64,000 bases of DNA from Bilabrum cf. latius (Eukaryota). The position numbers were made by a program, and so were the translations under genes. Under the pieces are notes generated by a model. It did not search any database, was not told where the DNA came from, and was given only the letters and a program-made list of their open reading frames with translations. The stretch covers positions 1,674,001 to 1,738,000 of the forward strand of contig OZ237736.1 of the NCBI GenBank assembly GCA_965178125.1, read 5' to 3'. Positions 25,756-38,976 of the stretch are shown here, in pieces (the first letter of the stretch is position 1; the number at the start of each line of letters is the position of its first letter).

Positions 25756-26626
25756 TCATACTTTTCCAACCCGCCCCACGAGCGGGATGTCGGATCCATC
25801 CCCGTCCCCATTCTGCAGCATGGAATCGAAGGTGAGGTCTTGGTTTCTCCTCTCGTCTACGCGAGCCAAGATCATCGCTGTCCACAGCGGGAAAACCGCA
25901 AACACGGCCCACGTCCCCTTTATCCAGCAGTACACTGCTCCATTCACGGAACCGTGCATCCCCAATGCAGCAAATATGATAAGATAGACTGGTACGCACA
26001 GCAAGAAGAAGCTCCAGAACCCCGCGAGTACCGACCGCAGGAAGAGATTCTCCGGCCACATCGGAAGAAACCTAAGCACGCATTTCCATTCCTCGTACAC
26101 AGAGGCCTTGAGCATAGGGATCTTTCTATTCTTCATATCGTTGTATATGCCTCCATCCGAGAACAATGTGAGGAAAAAGGCTAGCAAAAAGCCTGTCAGC
26201 ATGAAGTCCATGGTAATGTTTGTATTGTAGACCTTGTTCCACTTGACCACGTAGATCTCTCCGAACTCTCCCTGCTTTAACTTTCCCCATTGTGATACAG
26301 TCGCCCACTCTAGCCCAAAATTTACTCCAAAATTTATTAGCTGCAAGGTGAGATTCGTTGACGCCGTCAGAACTCAAACTTTCTCTAATCCGCGGTACGT
26401 TGGTGCCAATGTCAAACACAAATTGACTTACGATGCAAATTACCAGCTAAACGATCGTTTGCGGGGCAGTAAACAGCTCAGTAAGATTTTTAGCGGGCTT
26501 AATCCACAAGCCGTCGTCCGTTTTGTTGGGGGCGTCGTCGTCCAACGCTCGGTATTCAGACTGCTTGGCAGGTAGGGTGCTCTAGTACGACTCGGTGTCA
26601 TCACCTAGCGGAGGTGCTGCACTCAT
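25756..26626 (-). CDS. Hypothetical 4-TM membrane protein; intron 26431-26341
   Basis: A GTAAGT...GCAG intron joins exon 1 (ATG 26626, two TAGs) in frame to a hydrophobic exon 2; TGA stop. Confidence 0.65.
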
Positions 26627-26786
26627 GATGTGCGGCACGCTCCTTCTGTTCACTCTCTTTGCGGTGAAGCGCACGTCGCCGCGCATAGTCCGAGTCGTTG
26701 ACGCGATGTTCCGCAAGAAGCACTGCGCTCCGCTCCGAGATCATTACTCCATCGCCTAAACATTCAAAATCAAAGGCAGGAGCAGA

Positions 26787-28682
26787 ATGGGTTTGGTTTG
26801 CTCTATGGGCGGAGATAGCGGGGACACCTGCATGCCATGCATGCCATATCCAGCCCGAGACTTCCTACTACACGGCACCCTCGCTGGGTTGCAAGTAGCA
26901 GTACCAGTTCCATCGGACTTGAGTGGTTTCATGTGCCTCAGCGACGCAAATATTATGACTCTGGTTCAAATATGCATACTTTCGATAGACCAAGTATCTC
27001 AAGAATGCAACACTTCCCAGAATCTCACCCGAGCTGAGCTAGACGATGTGCACGGGATTCAATAGGCGGGTTCAACTGCTCAACAGAGATACACAATAGT
27101 ACTGCAAAGGGGCGTGCATGACCAAGCCAATAGAATTGCCCAACGAGGCGCTGCGGTGATTCGCATCAACGACATCAAGCGAGAGGGTCGCAACTTGCTG
27201 GAGCTCTTGCAAGCCCGTGTGTCCGTGCTGCGCTCCAAGGAGCAAGCTGCTGGGGTCAATCACAGGGGCATACTGGTATCTGCGCGTGCGCGTGGTGAGC
27301 TGGAACAGATTGGGCAAACCATCAGTGAAATGACAGTGCTACCGGTGCCCGATCGTCCTCTTACCGACGCGCCCCAAGCAAGCGGTGGGCAGATACGGCT
27401 GTCTGTGCGGGACATCCCAAAAACATTGCCTGTGCGGGCCGCTGCTTTTCTAGTCGAGCACTTGCAGCTACTGGAACGGCACAAAGGGGTAGTGCTGGCC
27501 CAGAGGCCCCACTACGAGGTGGTCGACAGCGCCGCGGGGGTGCCCTGGCCTGCCCGCCTCAAGAGGAGGGTGTCTCTCCTGTTCAACGACCTCGACCAGG
27601 CATCCACGGGGCAGCTTTCCGTCCGAGTGCTTCGCAAGGAAGCCCAAGTGGCCAGCGCCGAGGCAGTACGCAGTCTCAGCTTCGCTTCAATCGGGCGGCT
27701 AGTGCCATGCATGAGGCCAGGCAAGCTCTAGCACCACGAATTCGCTGCGATGCTGCACTCTCTGTGCTGTTCCACGGACGACGAGCTCATGCGCCACTTG
27801 TTCCTCGTACTGGCTGATACACGCAGGGTCGTGAACTGTGACGAGCCCCAGGCACCCGACGCAGTCGAGAGCCATGCCTCCGAGTCGCGTGCGACCGGTG
27901 GCCCGCCGACCTCGGGGCCCATGGCAACCCGCGCGGACTGGCAAGCGCAGGTCGCTGAGGCCGCCAACGTGTACATCAACCTAGACATGCTCAAGCAAAG
28001 ACACAAGAGCATGTACTCCGAAGGCGCTGCAGAAGAAGACGTGTCGCTTCGAATCTTGCTCGAGTCCTTGCGAGAGAAGCGCAAGGGCGAGATGACAGCT
28101 GCAGTGTACCACAAAACGGGTCGCCTGCTCGGTCTCGAGTCTTTCTTGCGACTGGTGCGCCGTCATCCAATCATTGGCTATGGCATTCGATACGCAAGGG
28201 GATTCTTCTAGCGCCGAACAACGGGCTAGTTCTTCTGGGAAAGCAGGCGCTATATGATCAAGCAAGCCATACGCCGAAGGGAAAACCGGTCTAGTGCCGC
28301 TACACGACCTAAGAGCTCATACGGTCGAAAAACGTCGGTACACCCTAGTTTGAATAGCCATGCTGCTGGAGGTGGCTAGCAAGTCGACGTAGAGCTGCCC
28401 ACTTTGGGCTGGGAGGACGGCAACGAGCATGTCGCCATCTGGCCTATCTATAGGGTGTCAGCTGCAACGGTAAAACCGGATCCGGCCGCGGCGCCTGTCA
28501 GTAAACCTGCAAACCCAGATCTTGAACACATTGATGTGCTAGGCTGGCTGAAGCGCCAAGCTTCGCAAACGATGCAGTCAATATCGGATCTGCCGGGTCA
28601 CGTCCTACTACAAGGAATTCCTCCGGAAGATGAGTTGGAGGCCTATTTTAATGCACAAGAATATGCAAGTGCTTATGTTTGA
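26787..28682 (+). CDS. Hypothetical protein (~631 aa), possible N-acylation (MGLVCS)
   Basis: ORFs 26787, 27114, 27750 and 28404 are co-frame and separated only by TAG; TGA at 28680. Confidence 0.7.
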
Positions 28683-28875
28683 GTAAGCTGATATGCAGTG
28701 TACAGTGTGGGGCAAAGTCTAGGCCTAGATCTACTCTGCACGCCAACTGCAACTGCAACGCGTTGAAGTGCAACGCGTGCGGCGTCCGAACTATTGACAA
28801 GACCTCCTAAAATGACGCACATGGCAGCAATAATGCAAGACAAAACAACATGGGGGCTTTTACATGGTCCCGGTT

Positions 28876-31287
28876 TTAGGATGGACTAACGCTGCCAGCC
28901 TGGCTTTGTTCACCGTCTTCCCCGTCGGCAGCCGAGCGACTCGGGCTTCCAGACACTTCCCCGGATTTCGGTTCTGCGAGCCCGCCCTCAACGACACTGC
29001 TCCCTTCCGACTTGCTCTCCTGCTTTCCAGTCCCTTGCGCGCTGCCTTTGCTCCCACCTGTAGGCTACTGCTGCAGCGCCGCTTCTGCCTCCCTGCGGAT
29101 GCCCTCCACTTGCGATGCAGCCGAGGGCCCCGCCCCCGCTGCTGCGTCCAAGCGGGAGAGTGGCAAGGGTGCGACTCCCATCTCTGCAGGGGCGCCAGAG
29201 GGCCCACCAGTATTCCCCCCTGTTTCCAGACCTGCCCGGCGCTGAAGAGCATTCAGCTCGCCTGCAAGCCGCCCCGCCAGCGACTGCCACCGCGCCACCT
29301 CGCCCTCCGCAGCGTCGCCCATGGCCCTGGCATCTTTGCTGGCTGCCTCCCGCTCCTGCAGCAGCAGCGCAATCAACGCGTCTTTGGCTCCCAACAGACG
29401 TAGGAGCTCCTGATGACGCCTCAGCAAGGCATTCCTCTCTGCGGTCTCCCGGGGCAGGGCGCCCTGGGCGCCGCGCACAGCCGCAGGTGCCTCGGCCTGC
29501 TCGCCCTCCTCCTGTGCACCGGACTCGGGCCCCAGCGCGGCCTCCGGGTCTGAAACAGGCTTGGCGAGCAGGCGGTCTGCGTCGGCGCAAAGCTCCGGGT
29601 ACCCGCGGAGGAACTGCAGAGCCTCGCCGGCCTGCTGGGCGGCGCCTCCCAGACCCAGCCGAGCAGACTGCTGGGAAGGGGCGAGCACGCCGCCCGAGCC
29701 ATCGGGGGACTGGTCAGGGCCCCCGGGCAAAGATCCCCCGAAGGCTGCAGGCGCGGCCTGCCTCAGCTTGGCGGAGAACTGGTCAATGGCCCGCACGTCA
29801 CCGGACACGAGCTGCGCCCCGTGGTCAAGGAGGGAGGCACGCAGCGCCTCGGCGGACCGCAGCCGGTGCAGGATTGCCTCGCAGTCTGCAACTGTCTCGC
29901 GCTCAATCGCTCGGCGCTCGCTGGCGAGGGATTCGCGCCGGGCCGCAGCCCTGGCCAGCCTGTGCACCAGGACCTCCCGCTTGGCCATGAGCCGGGCGTG
30001 GGCTGCCGCCAGTCCGGAGAGCCTGGCGTGGTATGCCTCGAGCAGGGATGGGCTTGCCCGCTGAGACGGGGCCATCATCAGCGAGCTAGACATGGGCGTG
30101 CCGGTTTCGTGGTCACCGGCTGCTCTCTGCCCCTTGCCCAAATCGTCCCCGCTGCTGCCTTGCGAAACATCCGGGCCGCCCGGTGCCTGCGAGTGCTCGG
30201 CCCTGCCGATTGCAGCGGCTAGCGCCCTCGAGGCCTCGCCGGGGGACGAACCGTACAGATAGGCCCCCGAGCCAAAAGGTGGCGGGCCCCCCATCTGGCC
30301 CAGGGGCGGCGCTGGCGGGGCATACGAGCCCATGGGGGCAGACCACGCGCCCCACCCGAGGCCTTGTCCTGGTCCAGCGGGTGCTCCCATCGCGCCTCCC
30401 AGAGAACCAATGCCAGGCATGGCCATGCTACCAGGGTCTACTCGACCTGCTCTGGCATCTGAAACTAGCCTGCGGAACTCGTGAGGCTCCAGCGCCCCGC
30501 TGCGATCGGCGTCATACTGGTTGAGCACGGCTGGGGCGGCAGCGGCGGCCGAATAGGGATCAGGCCCCGGCCCCAGCGGCCATGGTGTAGGCAAGGCATG
30601 TGCGTACGGGTTCGACAGATCTCGCTGCATTGCAACAGCCTGGCCGGCCTGGCTGCGCTGAGACACATCGGCAAGCATATGGGATAGAGCGGTGCCATCC
30701 AGACCCGCTTGCGACCCAGCCGCGCCATGCGCTCCTGCATACCTAGCAAAAAGCCTTCCTGCCTCAAAATCTGTGCGGGGGGTAACACTTGCGCCACCGG
30801 CGGCTTTTTCCTTGGCGGAAATTTCATCTAATGCCTTGCTTGGGTTCACGCCAGAGTCCTTAAGCATCCGCAGAAAGGACTGGCGATCAAGAGCAGTCCC
30901 TCCGTTGGCGGCGTATCTATGAGGTGGGGCATGGTGCAACATCTACACAAGTATGTCAAGATTTGATAGCCATGTAAGAAAGAGCGTTTGCTAGGCTGGG
31001 CGCGCTCACCTTTCGAATAGCGCACCGGCAGAAAACTCGGTTGTCATGGCTGGGACAGGCGCGGCTGCAGCTGCAGGAGCAGGTGCAGCTGCAGTAGGTT
31101 TGGTCCCAGATTTTGACTTTGATGATTTCTTTTTACTCTTTTTGTCCTTGCTGGAAGCTGCGAGCAGTTAAATCACAATTTGATCGACCCGACGACAACA
31201 GCTTGCAACGAAGAAGCGGCAAACGTGATGTGGCCACCACCTGCACTAGCAAGACTGGAATAGCTTCAGGTTCTTACACTTTGGCAT
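28876..31287 (-). CDS. EF-hand / coiled-coil protein; introns 31277-31158 and 31009-30917
   Basis: EF-hand-like QYDADRSGALEPHEF and repeated (D/E)F.AG.LF.RY. GT-AG introns restore the frame. Reads through TAG 29065 to TAA 28876. Confidence 0.7.
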
Positions 31288-31433
31288 GCCAATAGCTTCG
31301 TAAACGTGGCGTGCCTCGATAAGTTGCCTTGCCGACCGTTTGATTTTGGTTGCTCTCATGTGCACGTTACAAAGGCCTTGGTGGAACGGATTTGAAGTTA
31401 GAAATCGAATTCTAGCTCGATCGTCAGGTCATA

Positions 31434-32446
31434 ATGGTGTCCATGCAGGGTGAGATGGGTGCAGTTATCATGATGAGGACTCAGGAAGCTTTGGAGAAGG
31501 GCATTGAGGATCTACGCTAGAAATACGCAAGGAAGGATGCTGAGAAAAAGGCCAGAGCCGCTCGAGGCGAAGATATTGATGGCACTGCAGCTGCTGGTGG
31601 TGCGAGCGCAGCCCCTAGTGGATCCGATGCTGCTGAATCAAGTGGTGTGAAGGATGGTGATGATACAGGCCCAGATGCTGAGCTGCGAGCATTGCGGGCA
31701 CGTCGTCTCGCCTAGTTGAAGAAACGAGCCAAGAAAACAGCGGAAGCAAGAAAAGCCGGACATGGAGACCTGAGAGAGATCAAGGAAGAAGAATTCTTGA
31801 AGGAAGTAACATCAAGCAAGAGAGTCGTCGTGCATTTCTTTCACGGGGACTTCAAACGGTGCGCCGTGATGGACAAGGTAAGCCACACCATTTGGACTGC
31901 TGCGACCCGACTTCATCACAAACGCGCAATAATTTGTCCCAACTGCTGCGCACGACTTGTTCCTCGCAGCATCTTCGCGTCTTGGCCCCAAGGCTTGCTC
32001 AAACCAAGTTCTTGCGACTGGATGCTACCAAGGCCCCGTTCTTCGTCGGCAAGTTGGCGGTCCGGATCATGCCAACACTTGTTGGGTTTATCGATGGAGT
32101 TGCGAGGGGCAGGCAGCTTGGATTCCAAGGGCTCGGGGGATCAGAGGATTTCAACACGGGGCTGCTCGTTGAGGTGCTGCGTGGTATGGGAGTAGCTGAC
32201 GAAGAGGAGTGCGTGCGTGTTCTTGATGAGATCGAGAGCCGGGGCACGATCGTTGCTGGAAGTGCGGTGACTGGGTCTAGCGCTACCACAGGCGATGCGG
32301 ACGATGTCCTGGCCGACAAGCTGGATGCAGCACGCGCAGACGGTGCTGACAGCTCGGAGCTGGCCCGAATCCGCATGCAAGAAGAACTCGAGAGACGGAG
32401 AGCTGCATACGTTAAGGCGCTAGATGATGCCGACTTGGAGGGCTAA
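31434..32446 (+). CDS. Phosducin-like protein 3 / TXNDC9; intron 31878-31969
   Basis: ELRALRARRLA*LKK...GHGDLREIKEEEFLKEVTSSKRVVVHFFH.DF.RC.VMDK|HL..LA.....KF...DA.KAPFFV.KL.VRIMPTL...DG. TAA stop. Confidence 0.9.
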
Positions 32447-32633
32447 TGTTCATTTCTTGAAACTCTTTACCCTGAATGGAAAATCAGCGCTGATACAGCG
32501 CCGCTGGACGGCGTGGCACTGGCAGCAATGTGATGAGTGCACTGTCGTCATGCTCACTTCTCAACGCTCAGCACAAAATCTGCCCACGTAGCCAGTGGGA
32601 ACCGTAAATTTTGCTACCTGTGGCGAGAACGCC

Positions 32634-35600
32634 ATGTATCCGGAGTGTTGCTCGAAGCGCTACGCGTTCCTGGTCATGATTGTCTTGGTGGCAGCCATTG
32701 GAGTGCTGGCCACTGCCAATCCAGAGATAGATGCTCCCGAAAGCGATTCGCAGTCCGCACTGGGGTTGCCTGGTATCAGATCGTATCAAAGGAAAAATTT
32801 AAAGCTTGTGCAGCAAGTTAATGCATTGCGAAGATCCCTTGCCTTGGCTGAATAGAAGGTCTCCGAACTGGAGGATTCGTCTGCACCCGATCGTATTGAG
32901 CATGCAGAATCTCGTAGCAATGCGATTCGGCAAGAGCAGCAGCTAGAGCAACAGCGAATTGAAGCAGAAAAGGTCAAAATTGAGCGCATGCGACAAGAAA
33001 CAGAGCTCGCAATGGCAAAGTCGGCAGCTGCGAACGCCACGGCAAAGGCCGAAGCGTCCCGCGCGCAGGCAGCGACAAGGGCAGCAGAGGCCGCCAGGCA
33101 AAACGCTGCATTGGAAATTTTTCGCGCTGGTTTGCGTAATGCGGAAATCAATGCTAGTGTGGCGATTCGTGATGCAGCAGAGGCGGAGCGGCGACGGCTG
33201 CAAGCCGAGACTGACCATGTTAGAGCAGTGCAAGCTGCTCTGCTTGCCAACACAAGCAACATGCAGATGGGGATTCAATCATTGGAGAGCAAACGACAGT
33301 AGCACTTAGTAAGTCTGGATTTGGAGAAGAACAGGTTGTCTCGCCTGGATGCGGAGCTTCGGCTCGCAACCGCTGCTGCGGCAGCTGCTCAGGCCAACGC
33401 AAGCGTTGCATCCACGGAGGTAGCGCTCTGGAATGCAAAGACAGAACATATTTAGGCCAGTGTTAGGTTGCATGAGCTGCGAGTGCGCGAAATTGAGACA
33501 GGTATTCTGGAAGAGCGCGCTCAAGCCGATACAGCTCGGGCCGAAGCTGCAGCCTCGCATGGCAGGGCGCTTGAGCGCGCTGCTGAGGCAGAGGTTGAAG
33601 CGGCACGAGCAGCAAAATCAGAAGCTGAACTGCTGCAGGAAACCGCAAAGGTCGAAGCAGCAGAGGCGTAGATCCGCGCTGTCCGTGCGAAGGCTGACCT
33701 TGAGAAAGAGTTGCGCGAACACGACCACCTGGCTGCGTAGTAGCGGCGGCAAGACATGCGCGATGCCGAACTTTTGAAGGACAGACTAGCTCGTGAACGT
33801 GCTAAAGAGAAAGAAGAACTTCATTTCAGTCTCTAGGCCAAGTAGCTGCAGCTTGAAGAGAGCTCTGCAAAGACGAAAGCGCTCGCCGACGCCGAGGCTA
33901 GGGTGTGGGAACGGCAGCAGACCTCCGAGGAACGAGCGCAGGAGTCCAAAGAGCGGGAGCAGCACGAGACTCAACGGTGGAAATCAGTAGTCGATCAGAT
34001 TATCCAAGCGTGCGGGCACGGAGCTCGCCAGCTTCTGGGGCCCATGCTGCTACCGACAGCGGCCGCTGTTGCAATCCTCTGCGCCGCATGGTATGCCGTC
34101 CGTCGGCTGGTCGACATCGTGACAGCCCAGCTCAACTCCATTCTTAACCGCCCCAAGGTGTTCAGAGAGACCAGTGCTGATTCCATGGACTTCCTGTCCT
34201 GGATAAGAGGCGTTGGCTTGCTGGGGGCTCTCCGTGCTATGCTGCTCAGTGCGATCGTATCCATCATCAGGGTACTCAGCCTTGGATGCTGTTGGCGGGT
34301 GCACTCTGATTGGTTCAATTCCGTGTGGCGTTGCGGTTGCTGTGCTAGTGGTAGTACGGTTTCTTCAGCAAGACGAGGTGACATTGCCAACGATGTGCTC
34401 GCTGGGGTGGTATTGAGTCCTCCATTGCACTCTGATGTCGCGAGCTTCTGCCGTAGCATCCACGCTGCAAGACAGCGAGGGCGCCCATTTCGAAATTGCT
34501 TGCTGTATGGACCTCCCGGCACAGGCAAGACACTGCTTGCTAAACGAATCGCCAAGAGTTGTGGCCTGGCATTCGCCATGGCCTCAGGGGGAGACATTGC
34601 CTCGCTCGGCTCGACCGCAGTCTCGGAGCTCAATAGAATGTTCGAGTGGGCCACACACATGGCGAGCAGCGGCGATTCAGGCAGTGCGTTCGAAGCGGTT
34701 GTATCATCCTTGCTGTCATTCTGCCTAGGAAAGGCAATGGCAGGACCTGTGGTGCGGTGGTTCTCTCGAGCCGCAACAGCCGGTCCCTGGCACTGGCTAC
34801 ATTCGTTCATGTGGGAGAATGTTTGCGGACCACGCGACAGCAGCGGTAGTTCTAGCCATGATTTGTCACTTCAAGGGGGTGCAGTATTGTTCATCGATGA
34901 GTGTGAAGCGTTCCTAGGAACTCGCAGCGACACCCCAGGTGATGGGTCTGTATCGCAGGGTCACGGAGCGACCTTGTCTACATTTCTCTCCCTCACTGGT
35001 TCGCAGCGAACAGATGTCATGGTCATTCTAGCATCCAACCGCCCGGGGGATTTGGACAGCGCGGTCACGGACAGGATGGACCTTGCCCTAAGCCTTCCCC
35101 TGCCCGGGTTGCGCGAGCGCAAGATGCTGCTCCGCCAGCTTTGGCACGTACTCATCATGCCCCATGTATTGTCTGGCGGCCCAGACATGTTCGACCAGAT
35201 AACAGATACAAGTAAATCACTTGGAGACTGGGGCCGAAGGCAGTCTAAAGGAGGGCACGACTCCGAAGCAAGCGAGGATGCTTCTCTTGGAGCGGCCGCT
35301 GCTGCGGCAGGGTGCTCCGTCGACGAGCTTCCACAAACTATGAGTGGCACAAACAAGCAGCGGTGTGCTGCAATGTGGTCTGATGTTAATAGCGATCTGC
35401 TTGACATGGTTGCCCGGGGCACGAGCGGTTTCAGTGGCAGACAGCTCCGCAAGCTCGTGGCGTCTATTCTCGCCGACGCTGAAGCAGGCCGCTGCGGGCA
35501 TTCCGCTGCGTCCATTGACGGCTCTTCATTATACGTGGGGTCTCTTAATGCGGAACTCGTGGAACACGTCTTGCGTAGAGAACAAAGGAAGCACAGCAAC

Positions 35601-35846
35601 AGGTTGAAGTCGGGAGGCCAAAGGCACGAAGCTTCTGGCGATGTGCGCCATCCCCACGCCTCCTTCACCGTCCCAGGGAACTTGCAGAGGGCACTACGGG
35701 CTTATCCCGATAAACAGCACAATTTCGAGGGGCCTAGTGTAGACGAGCGCCAGTAGGCTGGGAACTCGACGGCGGAGCAAAGCCCTCGCGAAGCTGGCTG
35801 GGAAGGCGAGCTTGTTGGCAGCCCTATCCGTACGTCTTGGGATTGA
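32634..35846 (+). CDS. ATAD3-like AAA+ ATPase with N-terminal hydrophobic leader and long coiled coil (~1070 aa)
   Basis: PFRNCLLYGPPGTGKT (Walker A), AMASGGDIA.LG..AV.EL..MF.W, LFIDECEAFL (Walker B), LASNRPGDLDSAV.DRMD, T.GFSGRQL.KL. The upstream coiled coil is joined through TAGs, including tandem TAGTAG at 33738. TGA at 35844. Confidence 0.85.
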
Positions 35847-36231
35847 TAAAGTGCCAGTATGGTGCGGGTCTATCAATTCCTAAATCAGTTTCTTACTTGA
35901 CATGATTGTATCATGACTTCATGTAGCCGAGGCAGAAACCCCGCAATGACACAGCTGCAGCAGGTCTACCGTCCGAATCGCGGCAAACTCCGGGTGCTGA
36001 ATTCAACTTACTTGTGTGATTCTCATTATTACCATGCCATTCCAAAGCTTTCGATTACGTAATTTTTGCAATAATATTGAACTCATGGCATCCCGATCAG
36101 ATTCCTTGCTAGCCTCAACCTAGACGAGAGCACTTGCTCGGTCGTTCTTTCAATAGAAGTTCTTCATCTCGTGTCTTCGATGCATGACGACGACAAACAC
36201 ACCAACACAACAGCAGCTTCCAGCTGGACCT

Positions 36232-38780
36232 TCATTCGCCAGCGCTACCTACTAGCCCATCTGCTTGAGCCAGGTTCACAACCATTCGATGCAGAGCAGA
36301 TGCCCAACCCTTGCTATCACTCGAGGAGAATTGCAGTTGGACGCTCTCTGCGCTGGCAAAGAGCATCCCCGGTTTCACCACCTTCACCTCCAAGCCTGCC
36401 CTGGCTGGCTCGCCACCTGCAGCTGCCTGATCGAAATCGGACCTTCGATGAATATGGGCAGTTGGTGCTGCCTTGCCGGACTAGTTATCGGATGCGGTGG
36501 CCGGTGCGCTGCTATCTGGCGTGCTCGTCAGGTTGCCAGGCACACATCCTCGCAAGCAGATGCTCTGCAGCGGGAGTGCCGAAATCTTCTTCACGCGATC
36601 ACGGGCTTGTGCATCAGGAATGTCTGCCAAGCCGGCAAAGGGGGGGCCAGGCGGGAAAGGTGAAGCCGTCGACGAGCCAGCACGGGGCCTCGGGCCGCCG
36701 GCACGCACCTCGGCACTGGCCGTGGTGGCTCCGGAGTGACTGGTCGCAGCAACGTCGCGGGTCGTTGCCGCGGCACTCGTGTGGCTCCTAGCCGTCTCTC
36801 CCCGCTGCACGATGGACGAGTGGGTCCCCAAGTCGGCACTGTCCTCGAACAGGTGCAACATGCCTGCCATCGTGAGCACCACCGTGCACGGGCTCCAGCT
36901 CTTGAAGAGGCCCCCGCTGCGCCGCCAGCCTCGGCCCCAACGAAGTACAAGCGGTGAAACCAGAGGCGAAGGAACGTCAGAGGGGCACCGGCTCACGAAT
37001 GACAGGAAGCTCTTGGATTTCCGCACGCTTGCATCACGCCCCTCACTTGTTGGGTCAGACCGGTAGGCACTGCGGCCCGCATCTCCAGCGCCAGCCTGGC
37101 GGTACACGCTGAACGCCTCAGCCTCCACCCTTGCTGTAAAATCCGAAAATGTGTCAATATCTCTGGCCGCCGCCACCGCAGAGTCTGTGCGCACACCGGG
37201 TCCTAGCATCTGCCCCTGCAGCTCCGCTAGCAGCTCCAAAGCCGTTGATGTTGCCTTCGATCGACGCACCTCTGCGCGGCGAAACTATTCGAACAGTGCG
37301 GCAAATCCGCGGACAAATGCGCGGCGGCAAGCCAGCAGCCCCCGACACCCCCTCGCATACACGAGCTCAGCGGACCACGGGTCATCGACGAATTCAAGCG
37401 CAGCCTGCTCCCGACGGCGTGCCTGCTGCACAGCGCCGCTAGCTAGCCTGCGCTACCTGCGCTCTCGATCGGCAGTAGTGCTGGCCGGCAGCTTGGCTCC
37501 GAATGTGTCTGCCATCCGGACCCAGGCTGCATTCACCTCCTCTGCGGCTCCATGCAGCATGCTCAGCAGCCCCTCGGCATCCCGTGACACGGCCTCGCAC
37601 TGCTTCTTGTAGCCCGCCGCGGCAGTAGCCAGAGTGTGCTCAAGGGCCTCCCCGCGCAGCCTCGAGGCGAACACGTGCAGCTTGCTGGCAACCTGCGACC
37701 CAGAGAGGTCGCTCGCAGCGTATGCAGCTCGAAATAAGGTAGACGGCTTGCGGGGCGCTGCTCTGCCCTCTGCTCTGCCCTGCGAAGAGTCGTCCGAATT
37801 TGCAGAGTGCTGGGTGCCGGGCCCACCGGTTCCAAGCTCTCGCAGTGCATCCAGCATGCCAACCGAGGCTGCAGATCGCGGGTTGGACGCGTCCGTGGAT
37901 GCAGCCCGCCCGTCGGTCATGAGTCCTCCACCAACCACACCTGCGCGGGATTCGCTCCCAGGATTGTCCAGATCGGCGTCCCGGGCGGCCTCAAATACGG
38001 CTACTGCATCAACAGGGAAGGAGCACGCGAGCACTCTAGCGGAGGAGGCCAGAGTCTCGGCCACGCGGGCCAGGTGGTCTGCTGTCGCCTTGTTGTGCGC
38101 GGCAGATTGCTGCATCCACCGATTCCAAGCCTGCCAATACGCCCGAACAGCCAGCTCTGCACGTGCGAAGTCCCCAGCTCTGTATTCCTCAACACCCCGC
38201 CACACATGCAGAGAGTGATGCTCCGCCTCGCTTCTCGCATGCGCTAGTCTGGCAGACAAACTCTCGCGGCCAGGGCGTCCCAATTCCGCCGAATGCAATA
38301 CTGCACCAGGAGCCACTGCAACTGTCCCCATGGGTTGATCAGTTTCTGCCGCCGCTCCGCTGCTACCAGCATCGGTAGACTCGCCTGGCGTCGAATCAAT
38401 CGCATTGGTACTGTCGCCTTGATGGTCCTCAGCGGGATCAGCTGCCGTCACGGCTGCCTCAATACCATCCTAAGAGGTTTGATCGCCGGATTCATTGGCA
38501 ACATCACCACCAGCACTGCCAGTGGAATCTTGTTCATCGCCTGAGCCAGGCTGCTGCTGATCCAGGTCTTCCGGTGCTGCGGCTTCAACTGGTGATGACG
38601 AGCCATCCTACTGCTATGTACCACTATGTTGCTAAGAAGCAACCGGAGAATCGCGGGAGACTCCATCCTATTCCCATTCACGCTATGCTGCGGCGTGGAG
38701 ATTTAGTGGCTGTGCTGAAGCATATTTCTCAAAGAAAATACAAACGCCACGAGCGCTATAAGCGTGTGACTCTCACACAT
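36232..38780 (-). CDS. Putative BAR/F-BAR + PH-domain protein; intron 38776-38688 after a 4-nt first coding exon
   Basis: Frame open through TAGs to TGA 36232. A helical region is followed by PH-like G..RRSGGLFKSW....VVLT.AG.LHLF. ATG-T|GTGAG...CACTAA...GCAG restores the frame. Confidence 0.6.
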
Positions 38781-38976
38781 ATTGCTATTAAACTAAATTG
38801 GAGCGTGTCCCAAGCTGTGATGTGATGTGTCTTTGATGGTTGATTGGCCGGAATCCCGGATAAACGCGCTAGTAGGCGCCGCGCGCTACAGCGCGGAACC
38901 TCAACAGACAAGCCTGACAGGCTCGATCGCTACAGGTAGATCCTTCCATTGTGTTTCTCATGCTTACTTTGTGATT

